Shown here piece by piece: positions 1 to 8,391 of a DNA stretch of 64,000 nucleotides. The DNA is taken from positions 182,814 to 246,813 of the forward strand of contig JAUYOL010000036.1 in assembly GCA_030695905.1 (NCBI GenBank). The letters run 5' to 3'. Position numbers and translations under genes: made by a program. The notes under the pieces were generated by a model. It did no database searches and was not told the DNA's origin. It saw only the letters and a list, made by a program, of their open reading frames with translations. Source of the DNA: Candidatus Omnitrophota bacterium (GTDB taxonomy: Bacteria; Omnitrophota; Gorgyraeia; 2-01-FULL-45-10). The stretch's first letter is position 1. Every line of letters starts with the position of its first letter.

Positions 1-235
1 TTGCCGTTTCGGCATGAGCGGTCATGCATGAAAAACATGCGACATTCGCGGCCGCTATGCGTTCTGCTATAAACCGCAGGTCTTCTTTGGAGCGGATATT
101 TTTTGACGCAATATTCAGGAAATCCGCGTCCGGATAAGTCTTGCGAGCGATAGCGGCTATTTTGCGCAGCCCTATAGATATATAATCATTATCCAGGGCC
201 ACGAGGCATAGTTTTATTTTATGTGGAGCGTTCAT
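1..235 (-). CDS. Partial (N-terminal 78 aa, runs off window) B12-binding-domain radical SAM-like protein
   Basis: Own translation of the reverse strand from an ATG at 235..233: MNAPHKIKLCLVALDNDYISIGLRKIAAIARKTYPDADFLNIASKNIRSKEDLRF.... It resembles the N-terminal cobalamin-binding domain of the class B radical SAM at 4375..5886. Not in the ORF track because it is truncated by the window edge. Confidence 0.3.
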   Translation of the reverse strand, partial: MNAPHKIKLCLVALDNDYISIGLRKIAAIARKTYPDADFLNIASKNIRSKEDLRFIAERIAAANVACFSCMTAHAETA

Positions 236-266
236 CAAAAATTATTCCTTTATAGTTTTACGCAGG

Positions 267-1538
267 CTAAATAGTCGGCTCTGCTTTACTCGGAGTATCG
301 TAAGCATACTTTGGCAAACCTAATATACCCCTTATGATATTCTTGGTTCTTTTGTGCTTGTAAAAAAAGATGGAGGCCACATACCTGCAATGCATCCTGA
401 GGCTGCGAAAATTGATCTTCCGATATTTCAAAAAGAAACAAAATTCCTCGAGCGCATTTTTATATTTTCCATTTAACAGGAACAGCCCTATATATAGAAA
501 CCTGAATGTCGCATAATTTCTTATAAATTCTTTATCGACATATATGCTCGGATTCCTTTTCTCATACATATCTATATTCTCGAAGATCCTCGCAAATGCA
601 GTCCTCGCATCATAGTCCCTTACTGCCCTTTCATGCGCCCTTCTTGCAATATTTTCTCTTTCTTTTTCATTCGCCAGATAATAACGGATTTTTTGCAGCA
701 ATTCTTCTTTCGTTCGGAATACGTCTATCTCTTTCCCTATTTCGAACATGTTTTCCATGCCTGGCGCATATTCGCTTAAAACAAATCCTCCGCATAACGC
801 AATTTCTATAGGCCGCCCCTTGGACTGTTTGACCCTGTTATTAATATTCAAACCAAACAATGTCGAATCGGCGTTTATGCTGGTAAAATTCAAATTTATC
901 CTGCTTGTCCTGAATATGTCCAACATGTTGTCAAAGCCGACGTATCCATTCGAGGTGCCTTCGCCATAAGGCTGTATCTTCACGTTATTAGCGGCCAGAT
1001 AATCGATATGCTCTTTACGGTTTTTAGTCAGAAGACTGCCAACAAATGATACGTCGATATTTTTTTCGGAATCATGACTGCGCGAATACCGGTTCTTACT
1101 GAACAGGCTGAAAGTGCATATCGCATTTATGTTTAAAAGTTCATACCTGAACTTCGACAGGTAATCCGGCAGCGTTACTAAATTAGCTGCCTGCGCATAA
1201 TATTTATCGCTTGAATCAAAAAAATATTCCGTGTCAAAAAAATTCATACTTATAAATGACGAACTTGACAATTTTTTGATGAAATTAATATCAAAAGTTA
1301 AATCACTGGATCCGAGAATAAAGAAAATATAATTAATCCTTTTTTCAATAATCATGCCCTCGATTCTTTTCTCAAAAAGATTCTTCCCTGTCTGGATATA
1401 CAGATCCATATAGTCTACAAAGCAATAGTTATCGCTGTTTTCTTTTATACCATCGCAATAGTTTTCGCATATTGTGTTGGTTTTCCATAAATGAGATATT
1501 ACCATTGCATTACGCTCGGGCATCGGGATATCCTTCAT
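267..1538 (-). CDS. CgeB-like glycosyltransferase (Glyco_trans_1_2 / DUF3880-type)
   Basis: C-terminal segment IALCGGFVLSEYAPGMENMFEIGKEIDVFRTKEELLQKIRYYLANEKERENIARRAHERAVRDY is typical of the CgeB family GT-B C-terminal domain. Start chosen at the internal Met (MKDIPMP) to abut the upstream gene. Confidence 0.6.
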   Translation of the reverse strand: MKDIPMPERNAMVISHLWKTNTICENYCDGIKENSDNYCFVDYMDLYIQTGKNLFEKRIEGMIIEKRINYIFFILGSSDLTFDINFIKKLSSSSFISMNFFDTEYFFDSSDKYYAQAANLVTLPDYLSKFRYELLNINAICTFSLFSKNRYSRSHDSEKNIDVSFVGSLLTKNRKEHIDYLAANNVKIQPYGEGTSNGYVGFDNMLDIFRTSRINLNFTSINADSTLFGLNINNRVKQSKGRPIEIALCGGFVLSEYAPGMENMFEIGKEIDVFRTKEELLQKIRYYLANEKERENIARRAHERAVRDYDARTAFARIFENIDMYEKRNPSIYVDKEFIRNYATFRFLYIGLFLLNGKYKNALEEFCFFLKYRKINFRSLRMHCRYVASIFFYKHKRTKNIIRGILGLPKYAYDTPSKAEPTI

Positions 1539-2803
1539 GCAAATACACTTTTGCGCCGCCTGTATTTGAAAACAAGAATTACGGCGCATGTTGCGATCAT
1601 TTCTGAGATCAATAATGCGATCGAAATGCCTATATCTTTGTATAAAGGGGTTAAGATAAAAGCCAGTATCACGTTGATTACCCCCACGAATATAACTATT
1701 GAAGAGAACGCCTTATTCATGCTAAAGGTCAGCAATCCCTGTACAGCCACGATGCTGCTGGTTCCAAGAAGAAATGGCAGCGGCGAAAGTATCCTCAGGA
1801 TTATCACTGACCGAGTATATTGAGGGCCTAAAAGTATTTTCACGATATAGGGTGCGAAAATAAAAATAGTCGCCCCCATGATAATAGTCGCCACGCCGAC
1901 ACCAATAAGCAGTTTTTTGATGATAGCGACAGCTTTCTTTTTCGAGTCGACTACCAGCCGGCTTATATATGGATACATAGACTGCGAAACAGGGCTTAAC
2001 AACGCCACAAACGCCTTTACTATAGAGTCGGCTGCCTTATAATAGCCGACGATCTCATTTCTGCAAAACAGGCCTAAAATGAATATATTGCTTGTGGTAT
2101 AAACACTGACGGAAGCCATCCCTAAAAAAACATGCCATCCTTCCTTCAATTCCGAATAAATCGAAGTTTTCAAAGGAGCTTTTATTCTTATGCCGAATTT
2201 TTTTATAATGAGCCACAAGCTGATCACGCTGGCTGTAAAAGTCCCTATCAGATTTGATAAAGGCACATAAATATAGTCCGACTGTGCTTTTACAAAACTG
2301 AAGATGGCTACTATGAATATTACCCTCGATAACATGCTCAAATAACTAATATACTTCATTTTTTCCATTCCCTGAAAAAACCAGGTAGGGAAAAGGATAT
2401 TACACATGATAGCCAGATAAGACACTAAATAAAGGTCCCAGTCTCTCCTGAATTTGGAGAATACGGCTACTATCACGGTTAAAGCAACAAGGCATACGAA
2501 AAAGAGGATGGTTTTTATCAACATTATGGAATTAAAAACCTGCACAAGCCCCTCGTTGGTATCTCTGCTAACAGCGATCTTTTTCGATGCGGTATGTATA
2601 AAACCGTACTCGGCTATGACCATAAAATAGTAGACAAATGCCTGGGCGAATGCGACTAACCCGAATTTTTCAGGGCCCAGCACGCGGACAAGATAAGGTA
2701 ATGTAATGAGCGGCAATATATAGGTCGACCCCTGAAAAATGAACAACGATATGATATTCTCTATTATCTGTTTCTTTTCTCCGGAAATCGGCATATTTAT
2801 CAT
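1535..2803 (-). CDS. Wzx-like oligosaccharide flippase (MOP/polysaccharide biosynthesis protein family)
   Basis: About 420 aa polytopic membrane protein with the Wzx-type N-terminus (…ISLFIFQGSTYILPLITLPYLVRVLGPEKFGLVAFAQAF…) and 12 or more hydrophobic segments. Confidence 0.7.
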   Translation of the reverse strand: MINMPISGEKKQIIENIISLFIFQGSTYILPLITLPYLVRVLGPEKFGLVAFAQAFVYYFMVIAEYGFIHTASKKIAVSRDTNEGLVQVFNSIMLIKTILFFVCLVALTVIVAVFSKFRRDWDLYLVSYLAIMCNILFPTWFFQGMEKMKYISYLSMLSRVIFIVAIFSFVKAQSDYIYVPLSNLIGTFTASVISLWLIIKKFGIRIKAPLKTSIYSELKEGWHVFLGMASVSVYTTSNIFILGLFCRNEIVGYYKAADSIVKAFVALLSPVSQSMYPYISRLVVDSKKKAVAIIKKLLIGVGVATIIMGATIFIFAPYIVKILLGPQYTRSVIILRILSPLPFLLGTSSIVAVQGLLTFSMNKAFSSIVIFVGVINVILAFILTPLYKDIGISIALLISEMIATCAVILVFKYRRRKSVFA

Positions 2804-3561
2804 TTCATTCGCCGCAGAAAAGCGCCCGGCCAATAGGTAACGCGCTCTTTTATCTGCCCCTCATTAAACTGAAACACCGGTTCTTCCTGAACAAAATCAT
2901 CCCGCTCCGACAGAAAATTCTTAATAGCCGATTGTGGGTTGTCCGTAGCCCATTCAGGCTTGGTGCGCGGCGCCCCCACAAGCTCTTTCGTAATACCGTC
3001 GCATGCGACGATATATGAATCTACCGCTACAAATTCAGAATAGGCCCGTAATTCGGCCAGGACATGCTCTTTTGTGTGATTGGCATCTAAAATGACCAGG
3101 CCTTTTTCACCGCGTTTTACCTGAGAGCGGACCTTGCCGATTATCTTATTGTCAACAGACGACCCTTCGATCATGGTGATTAGGCTATACATATCATGCG
3201 CCTCGATAGCCTTGCGGTTGTGCGGCCGGATCTCAATATCTACGCCTATCACCCGTCCTTTACCCATCGCCTTAAAAAGGCTAGCGTAGAATATCAAGCT
3301 GCCTCCATGCGCTATACCGGTTTCGATCAATACATCCGGTTTCACGCGATAGATGACCTCCTGGATACGCATGACATCTTCAGGCAGCTGTATTATCGGA
3401 CGGCCCATCCATGTAAAGGAGTAGACGTGTTTTGTGTCCCACCCTGACCGTAGCCATAAAGAAGAGAGTAATTTAAACGCTTCGGGCGTGCCGATGTCAA
3501 ACTCGCGCTTGACGCCATTTTCAGTTACGGTGATATTATCGCCGTTAATACGTATATCCAT
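2800..3561 (-). CDS. Cephalosporin hydroxylase (CmcI)-family class I SAM-dependent methyltransferase, likely sugar O-methyltransferase
   Basis: 253 aa. The segment WMGRPIIQLPEDVMRIQEVIYRVKPDVLIETGIAHGGSLIFYA…VIGVDIEIR matches the CmcI / rhamnosyl O-methyltransferase family that is common in O-antigen loci. Confidence 0.7.
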   Translation of the reverse strand: MDIRINGDNITVTENGVKREFDIGTPEAFKLLSSLWLRSGWDTKHVYSFTWMGRPIIQLPEDVMRIQEVIYRVKPDVLIETGIAHGGSLIFYASLFKAMGKGRVIGVDIEIRPHNRKAIEAHDMYSLITMIEGSSVDNKIIGKVRSQVKRGEKGLVILDANHTKEHVLAELRAYSEFVAVDSYIVACDGITKELVGAPRTKPEWATDNPQSAIKNFLSERDDFVQEEPVFQFNEGQIKERVTYWPGAFLRRMK

Positions 3562-4378
3562 GTTCTACATCTTTCTTTTCCCTATAGCGGCGTACCATGC
3601 CCGCCAGAGAGCCCAGAACATCGCCGGGCGTCAGGCCGAGGTCCTTTCGCGCGCGTGAAATGTCGATCTCGGGGAAATCCAACAGCCGCGCGTCCGGGAC
3701 CACTTCCCACTTACAGTGTTCGACCGCGGTAATCGCCTCACAGACCTGCCTGTTGCTCAGGTTCCGGCCCGATGCGATATTGTATATGGGCCCGGACCGG
3801 GGCAGTTCCCCCAAAGCGATTATCGCCCCTACTGCGTCCTCCAGGAGAATGAAGTCCTTAGCGCTCTGGGCCATTGAATGCAGGAGTATCGATTTTTCTT
3901 CGCATGCCTCGCGCATAAGGACGGATATGAAATTATCGGATGAGAAGTCCGGCCCTATTACATTGGACAGGCGCGCAACGACCGCATTCCGCCCGGAATG
4001 CAGGCAAGCCGATTCGCCCATGAGTTTCGATATATTGTAAAGATCGGAAGGATCATTCGGATCCGCTAAAAGCACGCTATCCTCGTTCACGCATCCCTTA
4101 AGCCCCGCGTATACCCTTGTAGATGAAAGATAGACCAGTTTTTCATAACTTGTTTCGCGCAGGACGCGATTTAACACACATACATGCGCATCCACCGTAT
4201 CAAGTGGCCGTTGGCGGAAATCGGCGGTAAGGCCGATACAGTAAAACGCTACGCCCAGGTCGCGGCCCGACAGCTTCTCTTCGCGGGCCGGACAGAACAC
4301 GGAGTGGCCGCGCCGGCCCAGCGCCGCAGCTACGTGTTTGCCTATAAAACCGTTGACGCCGAGTACGGTATAGTTCAT
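3545..4378 (-). CDS. NAD(P)-dependent epimerase/dehydratase-family SDR (sugar reductase/epimerase)
   Basis: N-terminal VLGVNGFIGKHVAAAL Rossmann motif, 277 aa. Lies in a visibly GC-richer block than its neighbours. Confidence 0.7.
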   Translation of the reverse strand: MNYTVLGVNGFIGKHVAAALGRRGHSVFCPAREEKLSGRDLGVAFYCIGLTADFRQRPLDTVDAHVCVLNRVLRETSYEKLVYLSSTRVYAGLKGCVNEDSVLLADPNDPSDLYNISKLMGESACLHSGRNAVVARLSNVIGPDFSSDNFISVLMREACEEKSILLHSMAQSAKDFILLEDAVGAIIALGELPRSGPIYNIASGRNLSNRQVCEAITAVEHCKWEVVPDARLLDFPEIDISRARKDLGLTPGDVLGSLAGMVRRYREKKDVEHGYTY

Positions 4379-5886
4379 ATCTTGACCCCGTCGCTGTATT
4401 CAAGCGCTTCGTCCGACCACGAACGCTGTACAAGATCGGCGAAGAGAGATCTATTATTCTCGAAATCGCGCTCGCAGCGCTCTACTTTGGAAAGGTACTT
4501 TTCGGGCAGCTTCGTATACAACCTGAAACATCTCCGTATTCCCTCAACCTCCTCCGGGCTCATCGGCTGGCCCCGCAAAACGGTCTTTCCGGTAAAGGTC
4601 CGCGCAGCTTCATCGCCTTTTATATAACCATGGTCCATACAGAACTTCCTTAAGGGGACTCCAGTAAAAGGATAAAAGACGCTCATGATAGCCACGGTAG
4701 GCCGGATCTCGCGAATCAAACCTATCGTCTGAAAGGCCTCCCGGCGTGTTTCGGTAGGAAAGCCTATCATACAGTATGCGCTGGAACGCAACCCATAACG
4801 GTGTATCAAGGCAAAAGCATTATATATGGAATCGACCGTCATGTGCCGGCCGCATATATTCCGCAATATACGCGAGCTTCCCGATTCAACCCCTAAAGAT
4901 ATCTGCACCGGGACCCGCATCCCGGAGACCAGACGCATCTTGTCTTCAGTAATCGACTCGGGCCGGGTCTGTAAAATAAGCGGCAGGCGGATCTCTTTAC
5001 CGTACCAGCCGCAAAACCGTTCAATATCCCCGGTATTGTTATGAAAGAAGCACTCGTCCTGAAGCTGCAGTATCTCTGCTCCGCGATCCTTAAACTGCTT
5101 TACACCGCGCTGAAAATTTTCAAACGGGCGCACTCGAAAGAATTGACCAAGGCCCCTAAAGCTGTTTTTAAGCGCGGCATTGACGCAATAGCTGCACGAA
5201 AACGGGCATCCGCGGGAATACTCGATTAAAGCGCGGCGACGCATCCGGCCGTCATACGGCTTCAGTAGGTGCCTATTATCAAAAAGAGAGTGGTCGGGGC
5301 AGATATCCCAAAGCCTATCGGCCGGGATCAGCGGGCGCCTTGGATTTCTATTAATACCCTTTGGTGTGCGTACCCATAGGCCTGCTATACCGGAAACATC
5401 GTTTCCATCGCAAATTGCGCGTATCAGCTCCGCCCACGTATCTTCACCTTCGCCTACACATACGGCATTCACAAAAGGTTCGGCCATAACCGAATCCGGA
5501 TCGATGGTAGCATGCACCCCGCCTACAACAACAAGCGGCGAGACTTCCGGCAACTGAACATTTTCCATGACATCTTTGAACAGCTCCCATTCTAAAGAAT
5601 TGGCATGCACAGCCAGCACATCCGGATGAAATGAATTTAACTCATCCTTAAAGTCCGTGTAAAAACTCTGCAAAGGCGGATACTCTGATTTCTCACGCCC
5701 CTTTACGGGCATGAACTCTCCGGTAGATTCATGATCCTCGGTGGCGGTGTTGCTTTTGTTATAAAAGGTTGTTTCGACATAGCGCACCTCACATCCGGCG
5801 TCCTTTGCGATCGAAGAAAGTATTCCTACTGCCAGAGGTATTACTCCATCACTGCCGGTATTGGGGAACAGTATCATTATGCGCAT
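4375..5886 (-). CDS. Cobalamin (B12)-binding domain radical SAM protein (class B radical SAM, candidate C-methyltransferase)
   Basis: N-terminal B12-binding-like domain (MRIMILFPNTGSDGVIPLAVGILSSIAKDAGCEVRYV…) and a radical SAM CxxxCxxC motif (RGCPFSCSYC). 503 aa, GC-rich. Confidence 0.85.
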   Translation of the reverse strand: MRIMILFPNTGSDGVIPLAVGILSSIAKDAGCEVRYVETTFYNKSNTATEDHESTGEFMPVKGREKSEYPPLQSFYTDFKDELNSFHPDVLAVHANSLEWELFKDVMENVQLPEVSPLVVVGGVHATIDPDSVMAEPFVNAVCVGEGEDTWAELIRAICDGNDVSGIAGLWVRTPKGINRNPRRPLIPADRLWDICPDHSLFDNRHLLKPYDGRMRRRALIEYSRGCPFSCSYCVNAALKNSFRGLGQFFRVRPFENFQRGVKQFKDRGAEILQLQDECFFHNNTGDIERFCGWYGKEIRLPLILQTRPESITEDKMRLVSGMRVPVQISLGVESGSSRILRNICGRHMTVDSIYNAFALIHRYGLRSSAYCMIGFPTETRREAFQTIGLIREIRPTVAIMSVFYPFTGVPLRKFCMDHGYIKGDEAARTFTGKTVLRGQPMSPEEVEGIRRCFRLYTKLPEKYLSKVERCERDFENNRSLFADLVQRSWSDEALEYSDGVKI

Positions 5887-6395
5887 TTTTTATCCTTCTT
5901 CGATATCACCTTAACGTCAAGGGGCCATTTTATAGAAAATAACGGGTCATCCCACCTTACGCCCTTAGCGCACTCTGGATGATAAAATTCGGACATCTGG
6001 TAAAAAACAACTGAATCATCTTCCAGTGTCTGGTATCCATGCGCAAAACCTTTCGGGATATACAACATTCTGTAATCTTCCCCGCCTAACTCCAGCGCAT
6101 ACGATTTACGATAAGTGCAGGAGTCTTCCCGCAGATCTATTATAACGTCGTATATCCTGCCCTTTATACAGCTGACCAGCTTGGCCTGCTCGAACGGAGT
6201 AGACTGATAATGCATGCCGCGCAGCGTACCCCTGGCCTTGTTATAAGAGACATTGCACTGGACTATATTGAGGTCTATACCGTGCTCCTGAAATTCCTTC
6301 TGACAATAGGAGTAAGCAAAGAAACCGCGTTCGTCTTGGGCCTTCTCTAATTCTATGACATATGCGCCCTTTAATTTTGTTTCTTTGAATATCAT
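5877..6395 (-). CDS. RmlC-family NDP-4-keto-6-deoxyhexose 3,5-epimerase
   Basis: 172 aa cupin with the motifs RGMHYQ, IDLREDSCTY and IPKGFAHGYQ, matching the dTDP-4-dehydrorhamnose 3,5-epimerase family. Second RmlC paralog in the window. Confidence 0.75.
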   Translation of the reverse strand: MIFKETKLKGAYVIELEKAQDERGFFAYSYCQKEFQEHGIDLNIVQCNVSYNKARGTLRGMHYQSTPFEQAKLVSCIKGRIYDVIIDLREDSCTYRKSYALELGGEDYRMLYIPKGFAHGYQTLEDDSVVFYQMSEFYHPECAKGVRWDDPLFSIKWPLDVKVISKKDKKCA

Positions 6396-7636
6396 CGGAT
6401 CACCTCTAATTCCGGAATGGGAATAATGAAACTTCCTCCCCAGTCTCTTACATAAGAAAGCTGCCGCATTATTTCTTCTTTAATATTCCAGGGCAATATC
6501 AGGATGTAATCCGGCTTTGTCTGGCGTATCCTGTCCGGCGATACTATTGGTATGCGGCTGCCGGGCATAAACCGGCCTTGCTTATGCGGGCTTATATCCG
6601 CGACATAATCTATCAGGTCATTTTTTATGCCGCAGTAGTTAAGCATGGTGTTGCCCTTGGCTGCCGCGCCGTATCCGACAATAGTTTTTCCGTCATACCT
6701 TATCTTGCCTAAAAAACTGAGGAGTTCACATCTTGCCTTCTTAACCTTCTCGTCAAAAGCAAAATAATTTGTGATATCGGCATAGCCTGATTTGGTTTCT
6801 TTATCCAACATTTTGTGAACACGTTCACTAATCGGTTTTGTACCGTCATTTTTGTGTTTGACGTAAATTCTTAAGGAACCGCCATGCGTAGGCAGTTCTT
6901 CAACGTCAAAGATAACAAGAGAGTGGGAGAAAAAAACCTTTTCCGCCGTTAAAAACGAGAAATAGGAAAAATGTTCGTGATAAATGGTATCGAACTGCCT
7001 GCCCTCTATCAACCTTGCCAGATGCGGGAATTCCATTGTAATCATCCCATTCGGGTTCAGCAGTATGCTTAAGCCTTGGACAAAATCGTTTAGGTCCGGT
7101 ACATGCGCCAGGACATTATTCCCGATCAACAGGTCCGCTGTTTTACCCTCGCACGCCAGCCGCTTCGCGGTCCTGGCCCCAAAGAATGCCGTTTCAGTAG
7201 GTACATTTTTCTTCCGGGCCGTTTCGGCAACATTAACGGCCGGCTCAATACCTAACACGTTAGCACCTTTTCTCATAAAATACTGCAGCAAACAGCCATC
7301 GTTACTCGCTATTTCAACAATGCGGGATTTTTTATTTATCCCGTAATCCTTAAACATCTTATCGGCATACTCTTCGCAGTGTCTCATCCACGTTTCGGAA
7401 CAAGAGGAAAAATACGCATAATCGCTGAATATATTCTCCGGGCTCTCGAACTCGGGCAATTGGACTAGAAGACAATTATCGCAAACGTAAACATCTAGAG
7501 GATACAACGGTTCTTTACGAGCCAACTGCTCTTTCTTAATATAGGCGTTCGACAAAGGCGCAGAGCCTAAAGATACGAACAATTGCCTAAGCTCTTTATT
7601 GCAAAATCTGCATCTCATTTTTACCAGACCTTCCAC
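6392..7636 (-). CDS. Zn-ribbon / class I SAM methyltransferase / C-methyltransferase-C-terminal-domain protein (TylCIII/NovU-like NDP-sugar C-methyltransferase family)
   Basis: N-terminal CxxC…CxxC (CRFCNKE…CDNC), central methyltransferase fold (IVEIASNDGCLLQYF), and the C-terminal domain typical of sugar C-methyltransferases. Confidence 0.7.
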   Translation of the reverse strand: MEGLVKMRCRFCNKELRQLFVSLGSAPLSNAYIKKEQLARKEPLYPLDVYVCDNCLLVQLPEFESPENIFSDYAYFSSCSETWMRHCEEYADKMFKDYGINKKSRIVEIASNDGCLLQYFMRKGANVLGIEPAVNVAETARKKNVPTETAFFGARTAKRLACEGKTADLLIGNNVLAHVPDLNDFVQGLSILLNPNGMITMEFPHLARLIEGRQFDTIYHEHFSYFSFLTAEKVFFSHSLVIFDVEELPTHGGSLRIYVKHKNDGTKPISERVHKMLDKETKSGYADITNYFAFDEKVKKARCELLSFLGKIRYDGKTIVGYGAAAKGNTMLNYCGIKNDLIDYVADISPHKQGRFMPGSRIPIVSPDRIRQTKPDYILILPWNIKEEIMRQLSYVRDWGGSFIIPIPELEVIR

Positions 7637-8391
7637 GGCGCTTTATCGGCATCCCATAACCGCTCTAATTCCAACTTATCCCGCAGGGTATCCATCGGTT
7701 TCCAAAATCCCGTATGTTTATAAGCGACCAGATGACCCTTCTTCGCCAGATTTTCGAGCGGTTCCTTTTCCCAGTGCGTACTATCGCCTTCGATGTAATC
7801 AAAGATACCGGCCTCGAGGACGAAAAAACCCGCGTTGATCCAGTTATTATCTCCTCGCGGTTTTTCCAGGAATGAATTGACCTTGCCTGATCTTCCTACA
7901 TCCAGGCTGCCGAATCTGCCGAGCGGCTGTACCGCAGTTACCGTAGCCATCTTTTTGTGCTTACGATGAAAACGTACCAGCTCCCTTATATCGATCCGTC
8001 CCACCCCGTCGCCGTATGTCATTAAAAACGGCTCTTTCCCGATATATTTTTTAATCCTTTTTATCCGGCCGCCAGTGATAGTTTCCATGCCCGTATCGAC
8101 CAGCGTAACCTTCCACGGCTCTGAAGAGCTTGAATGAACGCTCACTTTATTTTTTTTCATGTCTATCGTTACATCGCTTGTGTGCAAAAAATAGTGTGAA
8201 AAATATTCCTTGATGATATAGCCCTTGTATCCCAAACAGACTATAAAATCGTTGAAACCGTAATGCGAATAGATCTTCATGATATGCCATAGTATTGGTT
8301 TGCCTCCGACCTCTATCATGGGTTTGGGTATCACGCTTGTCTCTTCGCTGATCCTCGTCCCCATGCCACCCGCAAGGATAACTACCTTCAT
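7621..8391 (-). CDS. rfbF: Glucose-1-phosphate cytidylyltransferase (CDP-glucose pyrophosphorylase)
   Basis: MKVVILAGGMGTRISEETSVIPKPMIEVGGKPILWHIMKIYSHYGFNDFIVCLGYKGY is the RfbF/DdhA signature. Start placed at the internal Met (MKVVILAGG), which abuts the upstream gene. Confidence 0.85.
   Translation of the reverse strand: MKVVILAGGMGTRISEETSVIPKPMIEVGGKPILWHIMKIYSHYGFNDFIVCLGYKGYIIKEYFSHYFLHTSDVTIDMKKNKVSVHSSSSEPWKVTLVDTGMETITGGRIKRIKKYIGKEPFLMTYGDGVGRIDIRELVRFHRKHKKMATVTAVQPLGRFGSLDVGRSGKVNSFLEKPRGDNNWINAGFFVLEAGIFDYIEGDSTHWEKEPLENLAKKGHLVAYKHTGFWKPMDTLRDKLELERLWDADKAPWKVW

Noticed and set aside
3597-4627. Plus-strand ORFs of 147 aa each (3597..4040 and 4184..4627) with Arg/Ser/Pro-rich translations
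   Set aside because: Antisense to the GC-rich SDR and radical SAM genes. High GC produces long spurious antisense ORFs, and the translations are low-complexity.
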